NCBI GenBank assembly: GCA_965199955.1
Contig: CBDATQ010000001.1
Span: 1,024,001 to 1,088,000 of the forward strand
Reading direction: 5' to 3'
DNA: 64,000 nt
From: Spirochaetia bacterium
GTDB taxonomy: Bacteria > Spirochaetota > Spirochaetia > SZUA-6 > Bin103
The translations under genes were made by a program, and so were the position numbers. How positions within the stretch are numbered: position 1 is the first letter of the stretch; every line of letters starts with the position of its first letter. Shown in pieces: positions 9,926-18,967 of this stretch. The notes beneath the pieces were generated by a model. The model saw only the letters and a program-made list of their open reading frames with translations, did not search any database and was not told where the DNA came from.

Positions 9926-9957
9926 CGGTTCAGCAATTCCTTTTCCCGTATTCTAAC

Positions 9958-11949
9958 CCGAAGTTCCAGAGCGTGAATCTCTCGTAACTTCATTGACAGA
10001 AATTAGTTGCAAGGTGATCTGCGTGCTGATTGGCGTCGTTTCGTGTCCATGCAGATGGTGGTGAATAGCGGCGAGATACATGCTATTTGATCTTGACATA
10101 TCGTGACTTGTGTGCATGCTGTTGCCACAGATCGGTAGTCATGTACATCGAGTCTGTCCCCAACCGCTCCTCTCCCCCTGCCATCCTGCTCCGCGAGTCC
10201 TACCGCGAGCACGGCAAGGTCAAGAAGCGCACGCTCGCGAACCTCTCCAAATGGCCCCCTGATCTGGTCGACGGCTTGCGCACCCTGCTCAAGGGCGGCC
10301 ACGCCTTCGCCTCGGTCTCGGATGCGTTGCTGCTCACGCGCTCGCTGCCCCACGGCCACGTCGCCGCCGTGCTGGGCATCCTCAAGCAGCTCGGACTCCA
10401 TACCCTCATCGCCCGCAAGGCCAGCCGCTCGCGCGAGCTGATCATCGCCATGATCACCGCCCGCGTCATCGACGCGCAGTCCAAACTGGCCACCGCCCGC
10501 GCGCTCTCACCGCCCAGCGCCGTGTCCACCCTGGGCGAGTCGCTGCGGTTGGGGGAGGTCGATGAGAACGAGCTCTACGAGGCGATGGACTGGTTGGTCG
10601 GGCGCCAGGCGGCGATCGAGGACCGCCTGGCCGAACAGCACCTCAGCGAGCACACGCTGGTGCTCTACGACGTGAGCTCGACCTACTTCGAGGGCAGCCA
10701 CTGCGAGCTGGCGCAGTTGGGACACAGCCGTGACGGCAAGTCGGGCACGCTGCAGATCGTGTTCGGGCTGCTGTGCACCCAGGAAGGCTGTCCGGTGGCG
10801 GTGGAGGTATTCCCTGGCTCTACCGCCGACCCGAAGACGGTGAGCGCGCAGGTGGACAAGATCCGCACCCGCTTCGGACTCACGCGGGTGGTGCTGGTCG
10901 GCGACCGCGGGATGCTGAGCGCGGCGAGGATCCGCGAGGACCTGCAAGAGGTGGAGGGGCTGCGCTGGATCACCACGCTGCGCGCGCCGACGATCCGCAA
11001 GCTGGTGGCCGCCGGCGAGGTGGCGCCGTCGTTGTTCGACGAGCGCGACCTGGCCGAGATCACCAGCGAGGAGTTTCCGGGCGAGCGGCTGATCGTGTGC
11101 CGCAACCCGTTGCTGGCCGACGAACGGGAGCGCAAGCGCCAGGAGCTGCTACAGGCCACCGAGCAGAAGCTGGCCCCGATCGCTCAGGCCACCCAGCGCG
11201 TCCATCAGCCGCTACGGGGCGAGGCCGAGATCGGCATGCGGGTCGGCAAGGTGATCAATCACTACAAGGTGGGCAAGCACTTCGTGACCGAGATCACCTC
11301 CGAGTCGTTCAGCTTTCGGCGCGATGAGGCCAAGATCGACGCCGAGCAGGCGCTGGACGGGCTGTACATCGTGCGCAGCAACGTGGAGCCGCAGGTGCTC
11401 GACGCGGCGCAGACGGTGCGCGCCTACAAGGGGCTGTCGAAGGTGGAGCGGGCGTTTCGGTGCATGAAGTCCGTGGACCTGAAGGTGCGCCCGATTCACC
11501 ACCGGCGCGCCGATCGGGTGCGGGCGCACGTGCTGCTGTGCATGCTGGCCTACTACGTGGAGTGGCACATGCGGCGCTCGCTGGCGCCGTTGCTGTTCGA
11601 CGATCACGATCGACAGGGCGCCGAGCGCAAGCGGGTCTCCGAAGTGGCGCCGGCGCAGCGATCGGCGGCCGCGGCGGCCAAGGCGTCGAGCAAGCGCACC
11701 GAGGACGGGTTGCCGGTGCACAGCTTTCGCACGCTGATCACTGAACTGGGCACGCTGACGGCGAACACGATGCAGGTTGCAGAGGGCGGCAGCACGTTCA
11801 CGCTGCACACGCACCCGACGCCGGTTCAGCAGCGCTGTTTCGAGCTGCTTGGGGTCACGCCCCGCATGTAGCCATGCACAGGAACCTGCACCATTGAGAA
11901 ACTACCCTGACCACAAGGACTTCAGGCAATTTCGCTCCTGGAACTTCGG
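9958..11949 (+). mobile_element. Complete IS1634-family insertion sequence
   Basis: Perfect 12-bp terminal IRs CCGAAGTTCCAG (9958-9969) / CTGGAACTTCGG (11938-11949); TCTAAC direct repeat on both flanks (9952-9957, 11950-11955); single DDE transposase. Confidence 0.9.
10141..11871 (+). CDS. IS1634-family DDE transposase
   Basis: LLRESYRE.GKVKKRTLANLS, LYDVSSTYFEG, GHSRD, VGDRGM, VERAFR..K, RPIHH..RVRAHV. Confidence 0.9.
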   Translation: MYIESVPNRSSPPAILLRESYREHGKVKKRTLANLSKWPPDLVDGLRTLLKGGHAFASVSDALLLTRSLPHGHVAAVLGILKQLGLHTLIARKASRSRELIIAMITARVIDAQSKLATARALSPPSAVSTLGESLRLGEVDENELYEAMDWLVGRQAAIEDRLAEQHLSEHTLVLYDVSSTYFEGSHCELAQLGHSRDGKSGTLQIVFGLLCTQEGCPVAVEVFPGSTADPKTVSAQVDKIRTRFGLTRVVLVGDRGMLSAARIREDLQEVEGLRWITTLRAPTIRKLVAAGEVAPSLFDERDLAEITSEEFPGERLIVCRNPLLADERERKRQELLQATEQKLAPIAQATQRVHQPLRGEAEIGMRVGKVINHYKVGKHFVTEITSESFSFRRDEAKIDAEQALDGLYIVRSNVEPQVLDAAQTVRAYKGLSKVERAFRCMKSVDLKVRPIHHRRADRVRAHVLLCMLAYYVEWHMRRSLAPLLFDDHDRQGAERKRVSEVAPAQRSAAAAAKASSKRTEDGLPVHSFRTLITELGTLTANTMQVAEGGSTFTLHTHPTPVQQRCFELLGVTPRM

Positions 11950-12008
11950 TCTAACCGACGAGGCTGGGCCAACGGGCGGTCGCCGCCGTGCTACGCTGCG
12001 GGCGAATC

Positions 12009-12383
12009 ATGGGTACCGAACGCGTCGCCGTCCTGGGGGCCAGCCCGAAACCGGACCGGACCTCCAACCAGGCGGTGCGTCGCCTCCGGCAGCACGGTCA
12101 TCACGTGATCCCGGTCCATCCCGCGCATGACGAGATCGAAGGCCTTGCTGCCGCCCGCGATCTTGCCGCGATCGACGGCGCGGTCGATACGCTGACCGTC
12201 TACGTTGGCCCGCGCCATGGGGAGGAGCTGATCGAACAGATCATCGCCCTGGCTCCCGGCCGCGTGATCCTCAACCCGGGCACGGAATCCGATCTGGTCG
12301 AGCGGCGCCTGCAGGAACGGGGCATCCCGGTGATCCGCGCCTGCACCCTGGTGTTGCTGGCCAGCGGTCAGTTCGCGGCGTAA
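12009..12383 (+). CDS. CoA-binding protein (YccU-like)
   Basis: VAVLGASPKPDRTS, VIPVHP, RVILNPG, ACTLVLL. Confidence 0.85.
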   Translation: MGTERVAVLGASPKPDRTSNQAVRRLRQHGHHVIPVHPAHDEIEGLAAARDLAAIDGAVDTLTVYVGPRHGEELIEQIIALAPGRVILNPGTESDLVERRLQERGIPVIRACTLVLLASGQFAA

Positions 12384-12388
12384 CGCGC

Positions 12389-13000
12389 GTGCCCGACCCG
12401 ACTCTGGAGCTCCTCTTCGACGGCCCTGCCGATGGGCCGCCCATCGCGCTCGCGCACGGCGCGGGGGTGGGGCCGCAGCACATCGCGATGGTCACCCTGG
12501 CGCGCGAGCTCGGGTCGCACGGGCTGCGCGTGGTCCGCTTTGCGTTCCCGTACATGGCTGCCGGCCGCAAGGCGCCGGATCGCGAACCGGTGCTCATCGA
12601 CATGTGGCGTGCGGTGATCGCCGCGCTGGGCGATCCGTCCGGGCTGGCGATCGCCGGCCGCTCGATGGGGGGGCGCATCGCCAGCATGGTGGCCGACGAC
12701 TGCGGCGTGCGCGCCCTGGTCTGCTTTGCCTATCCATTCCACCCGCCCGGGAAACCGGAGCGCCTGCGCACCGCGCACCTGGATGACCTGCGCACTCCGG
12801 CCCTGATCGTGCAGGGCGAGCGCGATCCGTTCGGCGACCGAGACGAGGTGCCGGGCTTCGGGCTGCCTGAACGCATCCGCATCGCCTGGATCACCGACGG
12901 CGACCACGGCTACATGCCGCGCAAGCGGTCGGGCGTCACCATCGAGGAGAACATCGCGGCGGCTGCGACCGCCGCGGCCACCTTCCTGAGCCAACTCTGA
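12389..13000 (+). CDS. Alpha/beta fold hydrolase
   Basis: LAHGAG, GRSMGGR nucleophile elbow, YPFHPPGKPE, QGERDPFG, GDH. Confidence 0.88.
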   Translation: MPDPTLELLFDGPADGPPIALAHGAGVGPQHIAMVTLARELGSHGLRVVRFAFPYMAAGRKAPDREPVLIDMWRAVIAALGDPSGLAIAGRSMGGRIASMVADDCGVRALVCFAYPFHPPGKPERLRTAHLDDLRTPALIVQGERDPFGDRDEVPGFGLPERIRIAWITDGDHGYMPRKRSGVTIEENIAAAATAAATFLSQL

Positions 13001-13019
13001 CGACAACCGAGGTAGGGGC

Positions 13020-14804
13020 ATGAGCGACTTCACGACCCGCCCGGAGATCATGGGCCGCAACTACGTGGTCACCTCCGGGCACTATCTGGCCACGGCGGCC
13101 GGCGCGCACGTCATGGAACGGGGCGGCAACGCCATCGACGCGGCGGCAGCGATGTGCATCTGCCTGAACCTGCTGGAGCCGTTCGCCAACGGCATCGGCG
13201 GCGAGGCGCCGACCCTGGTCTACTCGGCCGCGGAGGGCAGGCCGTACGCGATCAGCGGCATGGGCTGCTCGCCGGCGGCGCTCACCATCGACTACTGCCG
13301 GGAGCACGGTATCGACCTGATCCCGGGCGACGGCTTCCTTCCGGCCTGCGTGCCGGCGACCGTGGACACGTGGGCGTGCGCGGTGGCGCGCTTCGGCCGC
13401 CTGCGCTTCGCGGACATCCTGGCCCCCGCCATCGAGTTGGCCGAAGAGGGCTTTCCGGTCTACCCGGCGTTCAGCCGCAGCACCGAGGACAAGGCCAGGC
13501 TGTTCCTGGAGCGCTATCCCTCGACGGCGGCGATCTACTGCCCCGGGGGCCGCATCCCGCGGACCGGGGAGCGGTTCCGCAACCCCGACTTCGCGGCGAC
13601 GCTGCGCACGATGGCGGCCGCCGAGGAGGCCTCCGGCGGCGGGCGGGAGCGCGGCATCGAGGCGGCGCGCGACGCCTTCTACCAGGGGCCGATCGCGGAA
13701 GCGATCGTCCGCTTCATCGCCGAGCCGGTGCTCGACGCCACCGGTGAGGAGCACGCCGGCCTGCTGACCATGGACGACATGGCCGCCTGGCGCGCGGCGG
13801 CGGAGACGCCGTGCAGTGTCCACTTCCGCGGCGTCGAGGTGCACAAATGCGGGCCGTGGACGCAGGGACCGGTCTTTCTGCAGCAGCTTCGCCTGCTCGA
13901 CGGCTTCGACCTGCAGGGCATCGGGCACAACACGACCGACTACCTGCACACCGTCATCGAGTGCGCGAAGCTCGCGTTCGCCGACCGCGAGGCCTACTAC
14001 GGCGACCCGGACCACGATGATGTGCCGCTGGAGCGGCTGCTGTCGGCCGGTTATGCCGATGAACGGCGGCAGGCGATCGGCGCCGACGCCTCCGCGGAGA
14101 TGGTCGCCGGACCGCTGGGAGCCGAGGGGCTGCCGCTGGCCGACGTGCCGGCCGACAACCGCGCCGCGCTCGGCATTACCGGCCGCGAGGCGGGCGAGGG
14201 CGCCGGCCATGCGCACATGGGCGACACCACGCACTGTGACGCGATCGACGCCGACGGCAACATGGTTGCCTGCACCCCGTCGGGGGGCTGGATCGGCTCC
14301 TCGCCGGTCGTGCCGGGGCTGGGCTTCCCGATCGGCACCCGCGCGCAGATGTTCTACCTCAACCCCAACCGGGCGAACTCCGCCGCGGGGCGCAAGCGGC
14401 CGCGCGCCACGCTCACGCCCAGCCTGGTCACCCGCGACGGCAGTCCGGAGATGGCGTTCGGGACGCCCGGCGGCGACGGTCAGGATCAGTGGACGCTGCA
14501 GGTGTTCCTGAACCACGCCGTGTTCGGCATGCCGCTGCAGGAGGCGCTGGAGGCGCCGACCGTGCACTCCACCCATTTCCCGTCGTCGTTCTATCCGCGC
14601 AGCGCCCATCGGCTGGGCGTCTCCGCCGAGAGCCGCATCGACGCGGGCGTGCTCGACGAGCTTCGCCGGCGCGGCCACGAGGTACGGATGACCGGCCCGT
14701 GGGGGCACGGCAAGCCGATGGCCGTCCGCATCGACGCCGAGCGCGGTGTGATCCGCGGCGGCGTTTCGCCCCGTGCCGTCATCGGCTACGGGCTGGGATG
14801 GTGA
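13020..14804 (+). CDS. Gamma-glutamyltransferase family protein
   Basis: GGNAIDAA, GIGG, KLAFADRE, GDTTH (Thr nucleophile), GTPGGDGQ. Confidence 0.92.
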   Translation: MSDFTTRPEIMGRNYVVTSGHYLATAAGAHVMERGGNAIDAAAAMCICLNLLEPFANGIGGEAPTLVYSAAEGRPYAISGMGCSPAALTIDYCREHGIDLIPGDGFLPACVPATVDTWACAVARFGRLRFADILAPAIELAEEGFPVYPAFSRSTEDKARLFLERYPSTAAIYCPGGRIPRTGERFRNPDFAATLRTMAAAEEASGGGRERGIEAARDAFYQGPIAEAIVRFIAEPVLDATGEEHAGLLTMDDMAAWRAAAETPCSVHFRGVEVHKCGPWTQGPVFLQQLRLLDGFDLQGIGHNTTDYLHTVIECAKLAFADREAYYGDPDHDDVPLERLLSAGYADERRQAIGADASAEMVAGPLGAEGLPLADVPADNRAALGITGREAGEGAGHAHMGDTTHCDAIDADGNMVACTPSGGWIGSSPVVPGLGFPIGTRAQMFYLNPNRANSAAGRKRPRATLTPSLVTRDGSPEMAFGTPGGDGQDQWTLQVFLNHAVFGMPLQEALEAPTVHSTHFPSSFYPRSAHRLGVSAESRIDAGVLDELRRRGHEVRMTGPWGHGKPMAVRIDAERGVIRGGVSPRAVIGYGLGW

Positions 14805-14820
14805 GGGCGGCCGCGACTCG

Positions 14821-16050
14821 ATGCGCTTTGCCTCCGGGTGGGCGTCGCGCTTCAGCGCGATGCGCCACCGCGATTTTCGTTACCTGTGGCTGGGCAACTC
14901 CATCGTCATGGGGGGCAACCAGGCCACGTTCATCGCCGCGAGCTACCTGGCCTATGAGCTGACCGACTCGGCGTTCATTCTGGGGCTGGTCAGCATGGGC
15001 TTCGCGCTGCCCATGCTGACACTGTCACTGTTCGGCGGGGCGCTGGCAGACCGGTTTCCACGAAAGCGCATCCTGCAGATCGGTCAACTCCTGATCGCCG
15101 CGAGCGCGGCCTCGGTGGCGGTGGCGATCAAGCTCGACGTGGTCGTCTGGGGTCACTTGCTGGCCGCATCCGCGGTGCAGGGGGTGGCGTTCGCCTTCGT
15201 GGTGCCCGCGCGCCAGTCGCTGATCGCGGACATCGTCGGCGAGGAGCTGGCCGGCAACGCCGTGGCCTTGGTGTCGGTATCGTTCAGCGTCACCGGCCTG
15301 CTGGGTCCGGCGGTCGCGGGGGTCCTGTACGACGCGATCGGTCCGTTCGGCGTGTATGTCGTGGTCCTGGCCTCCGATCTGCTCGCCGTCCTCTGCACCA
15401 GCCTGGTGCGCCACTCGGCCAGCCCGCGCGTGTCGTCGTCATCCGGGAAGCGGTCGTTTCTGCGCGACATCGGCGCCGGGCTGCGGTACGTGCGCAACGA
15501 CGGGCTGTTGGTTGCGCTCATCGTCGTGGCGCTCGCCTTCACCGTGCTGGCGATGCCGTACCGGTTCCTGCTGCCGGTGCTGGTCGTCGACGTGTACCAG
15601 CAAGGTCCGCGCACGCTGGGGCTGCTGTCCAGCATGATCGGCCTGGGCGCGATCGTCGGCGCCTCCTACGTGGCGTGGAGCGGCCGCCGCTGGCGCGGAG
15701 CCCTGCTGATCGGCGGGGCGGTGGCCAGCGGCCTGGGACTGGCACTGATCGGGACGGTGCCGGTGCTTGCGGTGGCGGTCGGGCTGACGGTCCTGGTCGG
15801 GGTCGGCGACGCGCTGCGGCGGGCGCTCAACCAGGCGCTGCTGCTGGAGTCGGCCAACGCGGAGTATCGCGGCCGGGTGGTGAGCATCTACGCGATGAAC
15901 TTCGGGCTCACGCCGGCTGGCGCCCTGCCGGCGGGCGCGTTGGCCGAGGTGCTCGGCGTGCGCATGGCGCTGGTGATCTTCGGAGTGCTGCTGATCCTGC
16001 TGTCGGCGTGGATCGCGCTGCGCAGCCCGCGTCTGCTGCGCTACCAGTGA
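14821..16050 (+). CDS. MFS transporter (DHA3/H+ antiporter-like)
   Basis: HRDFRYLW, GGALADRFPRK, PARQS, YRGRV; about 12 TM segments. Confidence 0.88.
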   Translation: MRFASGWASRFSAMRHRDFRYLWLGNSIVMGGNQATFIAASYLAYELTDSAFILGLVSMGFALPMLTLSLFGGALADRFPRKRILQIGQLLIAASAASVAVAIKLDVVVWGHLLAASAVQGVAFAFVVPARQSLIADIVGEELAGNAVALVSVSFSVTGLLGPAVAGVLYDAIGPFGVYVVVLASDLLAVLCTSLVRHSASPRVSSSSGKRSFLRDIGAGLRYVRNDGLLVALIVVALAFTVLAMPYRFLLPVLVVDVYQQGPRTLGLLSSMIGLGAIVGASYVAWSGRRWRGALLIGGAVASGLGLALIGTVPVLAVAVGLTVLVGVGDALRRALNQALLLESANAEYRGRVVSIYAMNFGLTPAGALPAGALAEVLGVRMALVIFGVLLILLSAWIALRSPRLLRYQ

Positions 16051-17045
16051 CGCTCGGGCACCAGGGACGCAGGCAGCGGCTCGAAGCCGGCAGGCAGCGG
16101 CGCGATCGCGTACACCGCCTCGCAGGGTGAGTCGCTCAGCGCGAGCGTGTCGGCCGTCCGGCTCTTCAGGTCGACCAGCAGGAGCCGGTTGCGCTCGCCG
16201 ACCAGCAGCCGGCATTCGCCTGCCCGGCAGAGGCCGCGGAGGAACCCGTGCGGGGCCGGCGGTGCCAGCGTCAGGGAGTCGGCGACCGTGCCGTCGGCGC
16301 GCAGGATGCAGAGCTGGCCGGCGCCGGTGTCGAGCGTCAGGAGGGTGCCGTCAGGCATCGGCAGGACGTTGTGGATCGGTACCGGGAGGTCATCGGCGAC
16401 CGGGATCGGCGCTCGGCGCGCATCGGCGCGGGCGATCAGCCCGCGGCGACACCCCTCGCCGTCTGCCTCCGACCGGCCGAGCGTCACCAGCGCCTCCCCG
16501 TCAGCGTCGAATGCGACACCGTTGGCATGCAGAAGGTTGGTCGCCGCCAGGGGGTGCCCGGCGGGATCCCGATAATCGAGAGCCGCCGCAAAGCGCGAGC
16601 CGTCCGCGGCCAGCCCCGCCGCCGGCCGCAGGTCTACCAGGTCGGTCAGACGGCCGGCGGCATCGAAGGCCGCCAGCGCGTCGTTGGCGGTCGAGCATAC
16701 CCACAGGCGATCGTCGTGGACGGCGATGTCATGGACGTTTCCGCACCACGGGTGGCTGATGCCGGCGAGCCGATGCCAGGAGCGATCGAAGCGCAGCACC
16801 TCCGCGCCGTTGGCGACGTACACCGTGTCGCCGTCGGCGGCGAGCCCGCGGCCGCCGCGGATGCCGCCGCGCGGGTTGGGTTCGCGGTGCAGGTGCTCGC
16901 AGGGCGGGACCGGGCAGGAGCCCAGCACGCCGCGTTCCGGATCGAGGACGTACAGGTATCCGGACGGCTCCCCGGGTCCGCTGCCGCGGCAGATCGTCGA
17001 CACCAGGCAGCAGGAGCCGCCGGAAGCTTGCTTCTCCCCAACCAT
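16041..17045 (-). CDS. Hypothetical protein, probable beta-propeller
   Basis: Repeated blade-like motifs GGRGLA, NVHDI, STAND, HANGV, PIHNV, GFLRGL; start reassigned to MVGEKQ. Confidence 0.6.
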   Translation of the reverse strand: MVGEKQASGGSCCLVSTICRGSGPGEPSGYLYVLDPERGVLGSCPVPPCEHLHREPNPRGGIRGGRGLAADGDTVYVANGAEVLRFDRSWHRLAGISHPWCGNVHDIAVHDDRLWVCSTANDALAAFDAAGRLTDLVDLRPAAGLAADGSRFAAALDYRDPAGHPLAATNLLHANGVAFDADGEALVTLGRSEADGEGCRRGLIARADARRAPIPVADDLPVPIHNVLPMPDGTLLTLDTGAGQLCILRADGTVADSLTLAPPAPHGFLRGLCRAGECRLLVGERNRLLLVDLKSRTADTLALSDSPCEAVYAIAPLPAGFEPLPASLVPERHW

Positions 17046-17052
17046 TGCTCTA

Positions 17053-17059
17053 TATAGTA
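17053..17059. promoter_or_regulatory. Overlapping -10-like hexamers for the divergent genes (TATAGT on +, TACTAT on -)
   Basis: CTATATAG palindrome in an AT-rich patch between divergent starts at 17045 and 17139. Confidence 0.45.
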
Positions 17060-17138
17060 AGGAGTCCGCCGAACGCGGCGTAAGCATGTCGGGTCGCCCG
17101 GCATCAGCGACCCCAACATTCGATGACGGTCTGAGGCG

Positions 17139-18089
17139 ATGATCGAGGTAACGAACGTCACCAAGCGATACGGCACGCACACTGCCGTGGACGACGTCAG
17201 CTTCCGCGTCGAAGCCGGTGAGGTCGTCGGCTTCCTGGGCCCGAACGGCGCGGGCAAGTCGACGACGATGAACATCATCACCGGCTTCCTGTCGGCGACC
17301 GATGGTACGGTGACCGTCGACGGAATCGACGTCCTGGAGGATCCGATCGGCGCCAAGCGCACGCTTGGCTACCTGCCGGAGCTGCCGCCCCTGTACGTCG
17401 ACATGACCGTGCGCGACTACCTGCGGTTCGTCGCGCGCGTCAAGGGCGTCGATCGCGGGGAGCGCGACGACGCCAACGAACAGATCATGCGGTCGGTCGG
17501 CATCGAGCACGTCGCCGACCGCATGATCCGCAACCTGTCAAAGGGCTACCGGCAGCGCGTCGGGCTGGGGCAGGCCCTGGTCGGCAATCCCAAGGCGCTC
17601 ATCCTGGACGAGCCGACCATCGGGCTCGACCCGCACCAGATCATCGAGATGCGCGACCTGGTGCGCACGCTGGGCGAGCAGCGCACCGTCATCCTGAGCT
17701 CTCACATCCTGCCCGAGGTATCGGCGGTCTGCGAGCGCATTATCATCATCAGCCACGGCAAGATCGTGGCCAGTGACACGGCCGAGAACCTGGGCAAGGC
17801 GCTCGCCGGCACCGGCCGGTTGTCGGTCCGCATCAAGGGCACGGCGGACGCCGCTCAGGCGGCGCTCGGGAAGGTGAGCGGCGTCGAGTCGGTGCGGTTG
17901 ACCGGACAGAGCGAAGCCACCGGCACCGTCGACCTGGAGGTGGACACCGGTCAGGCCGATCCGCGGGAGGCCATCTTCTACGCCCTCGCCAAGGCGAAGC
18001 TGCCGCTGTTCGGCATGCGGTCGCTGGAGGTGACGCTGGAGGAGATCTTCCTGCAGCTCACCGAAGACGATTCCGAGCAGGAGGCCTGA
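17139..18089 (+). CDS. ABC ATP-binding protein (GldA-like)
   Basis: GPNGAGKST, LSKGYRQRVG, ILDEPT, SSHILPEV. Confidence 0.9.
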   Translation: MIEVTNVTKRYGTHTAVDDVSFRVEAGEVVGFLGPNGAGKSTTMNIITGFLSATDGTVTVDGIDVLEDPIGAKRTLGYLPELPPLYVDMTVRDYLRFVARVKGVDRGERDDANEQIMRSVGIEHVADRMIRNLSKGYRQRVGLGQALVGNPKALILDEPTIGLDPHQIIEMRDLVRTLGEQRTVILSSHILPEVSAVCERIIIISHGKIVASDTAENLGKALAGTGRLSVRIKGTADAAQAALGKVSGVESVRLTGQSEATGTVDLEVDTGQADPREAIFYALAKAKLPLFGMRSLEVTLEEIFLQLTEDDSEQEA

Positions 18090-18092
18090 GCG

Positions 18093-18956
18093 ATGGCAGC
18101 CATCTGGTGGCGTGAGTTGCGCGCCTACTTCCAATCGCCCTTCGGCTACATCTCGATGGGCCTGTTCCTGGTGCTGTTCGGCATCACCGCCACCTTCAGC
18201 ATCCTGTTCCCGCGCAGCCCGCTGTTCGGCGGCGTGCTGGCGCAGATGCGCTTCATGCTGATCTTCGTCGTCCCCGTGCTCACCATGCGGCTGTTCACGG
18301 AAGAGCGGCGGCTGCGCACCGACCAGTTGCTCCTGACCGTGCCGCTGCAGCTCACCGACATCGTTCTGGGCAAGTTCGGCGCCGCGATGACCGTGCTGGT
18401 TACCATGCTGCTGATCACCGTGACGTATCCGGTTGCGCTGTCGTTCTTCGGCGACCTGCCGGCCGGTGAGGTCGTGACCGCGTACGTCGGCTTCCTGCTG
18501 CTGGCGGCCGCGTTCGTGGCGGTCGGCTGCTTCATCTCCTCGACCACGGAGAGCCTGGTGGTGGCGGCGATCGTCACGTTTGTCGCCCTGTTCCTGATGT
18601 GGGTGATGCCCGGCCTGCAGCGGCTGATCCCAGCCGACCAGTCGGCCGGCATCATCTTCACCGCGGCGCTGGGGGCGGGCGTGGCCGGGCTGACCTTCCT
18701 TGCCACCCGCAACATCATCGTCACGGCCGGGGCGGCGCTGGTCGCGGCGGCCGCGGTGGTCGTGATCGTGCTGGTGGATATCACCTTCTACGACACCTTC
18801 ATCAACCGGTTCCTGGTCTGGTTCTCGCCGGTGGACCGCTATGACACCTTCGCCCGCGGCCTGCTCAACCTCAGTCCGATCGTCTACTACCTGACCTTCA
18901 GCGCTTTCTTCCTGCTGCTGACGGTACGGATGATCGACAAGCGGCGCTGGGCCTGA
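18093..18956 (+). CDS. ABC permease (GldF-like)
   Basis: RELRAYFQSP.GY, PVLTMRLFTEERR..TDQLLLT.P, IVLGKF. Confidence 0.85.
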   Translation: MAAIWWRELRAYFQSPFGYISMGLFLVLFGITATFSILFPRSPLFGGVLAQMRFMLIFVVPVLTMRLFTEERRLRTDQLLLTVPLQLTDIVLGKFGAAMTVLVTMLLITVTYPVALSFFGDLPAGEVVTAYVGFLLLAAAFVAVGCFISSTTESLVVAAIVTFVALFLMWVMPGLQRLIPADQSAGIIFTAALGAGVAGLTFLATRNIIVTAGAALVAAAAVVVIVLVDITFYDTFINRFLVWFSPVDRYDTFARGLLNLSPIVYYLTFSAFFLLLTVRMIDKRRWA

Positions 18957-18967
18957 GGAGGAAACGA

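Noticed and set aside
9958..10140. IS non-coding end as a guide or bridge RNA
   Set aside because: The transposase is an IS1634-type DDE enzyme with IRs and a TSD, not IS110/IS1111 or TnpB/IscB. The region is explained by promoter-like TTGACA boxes.
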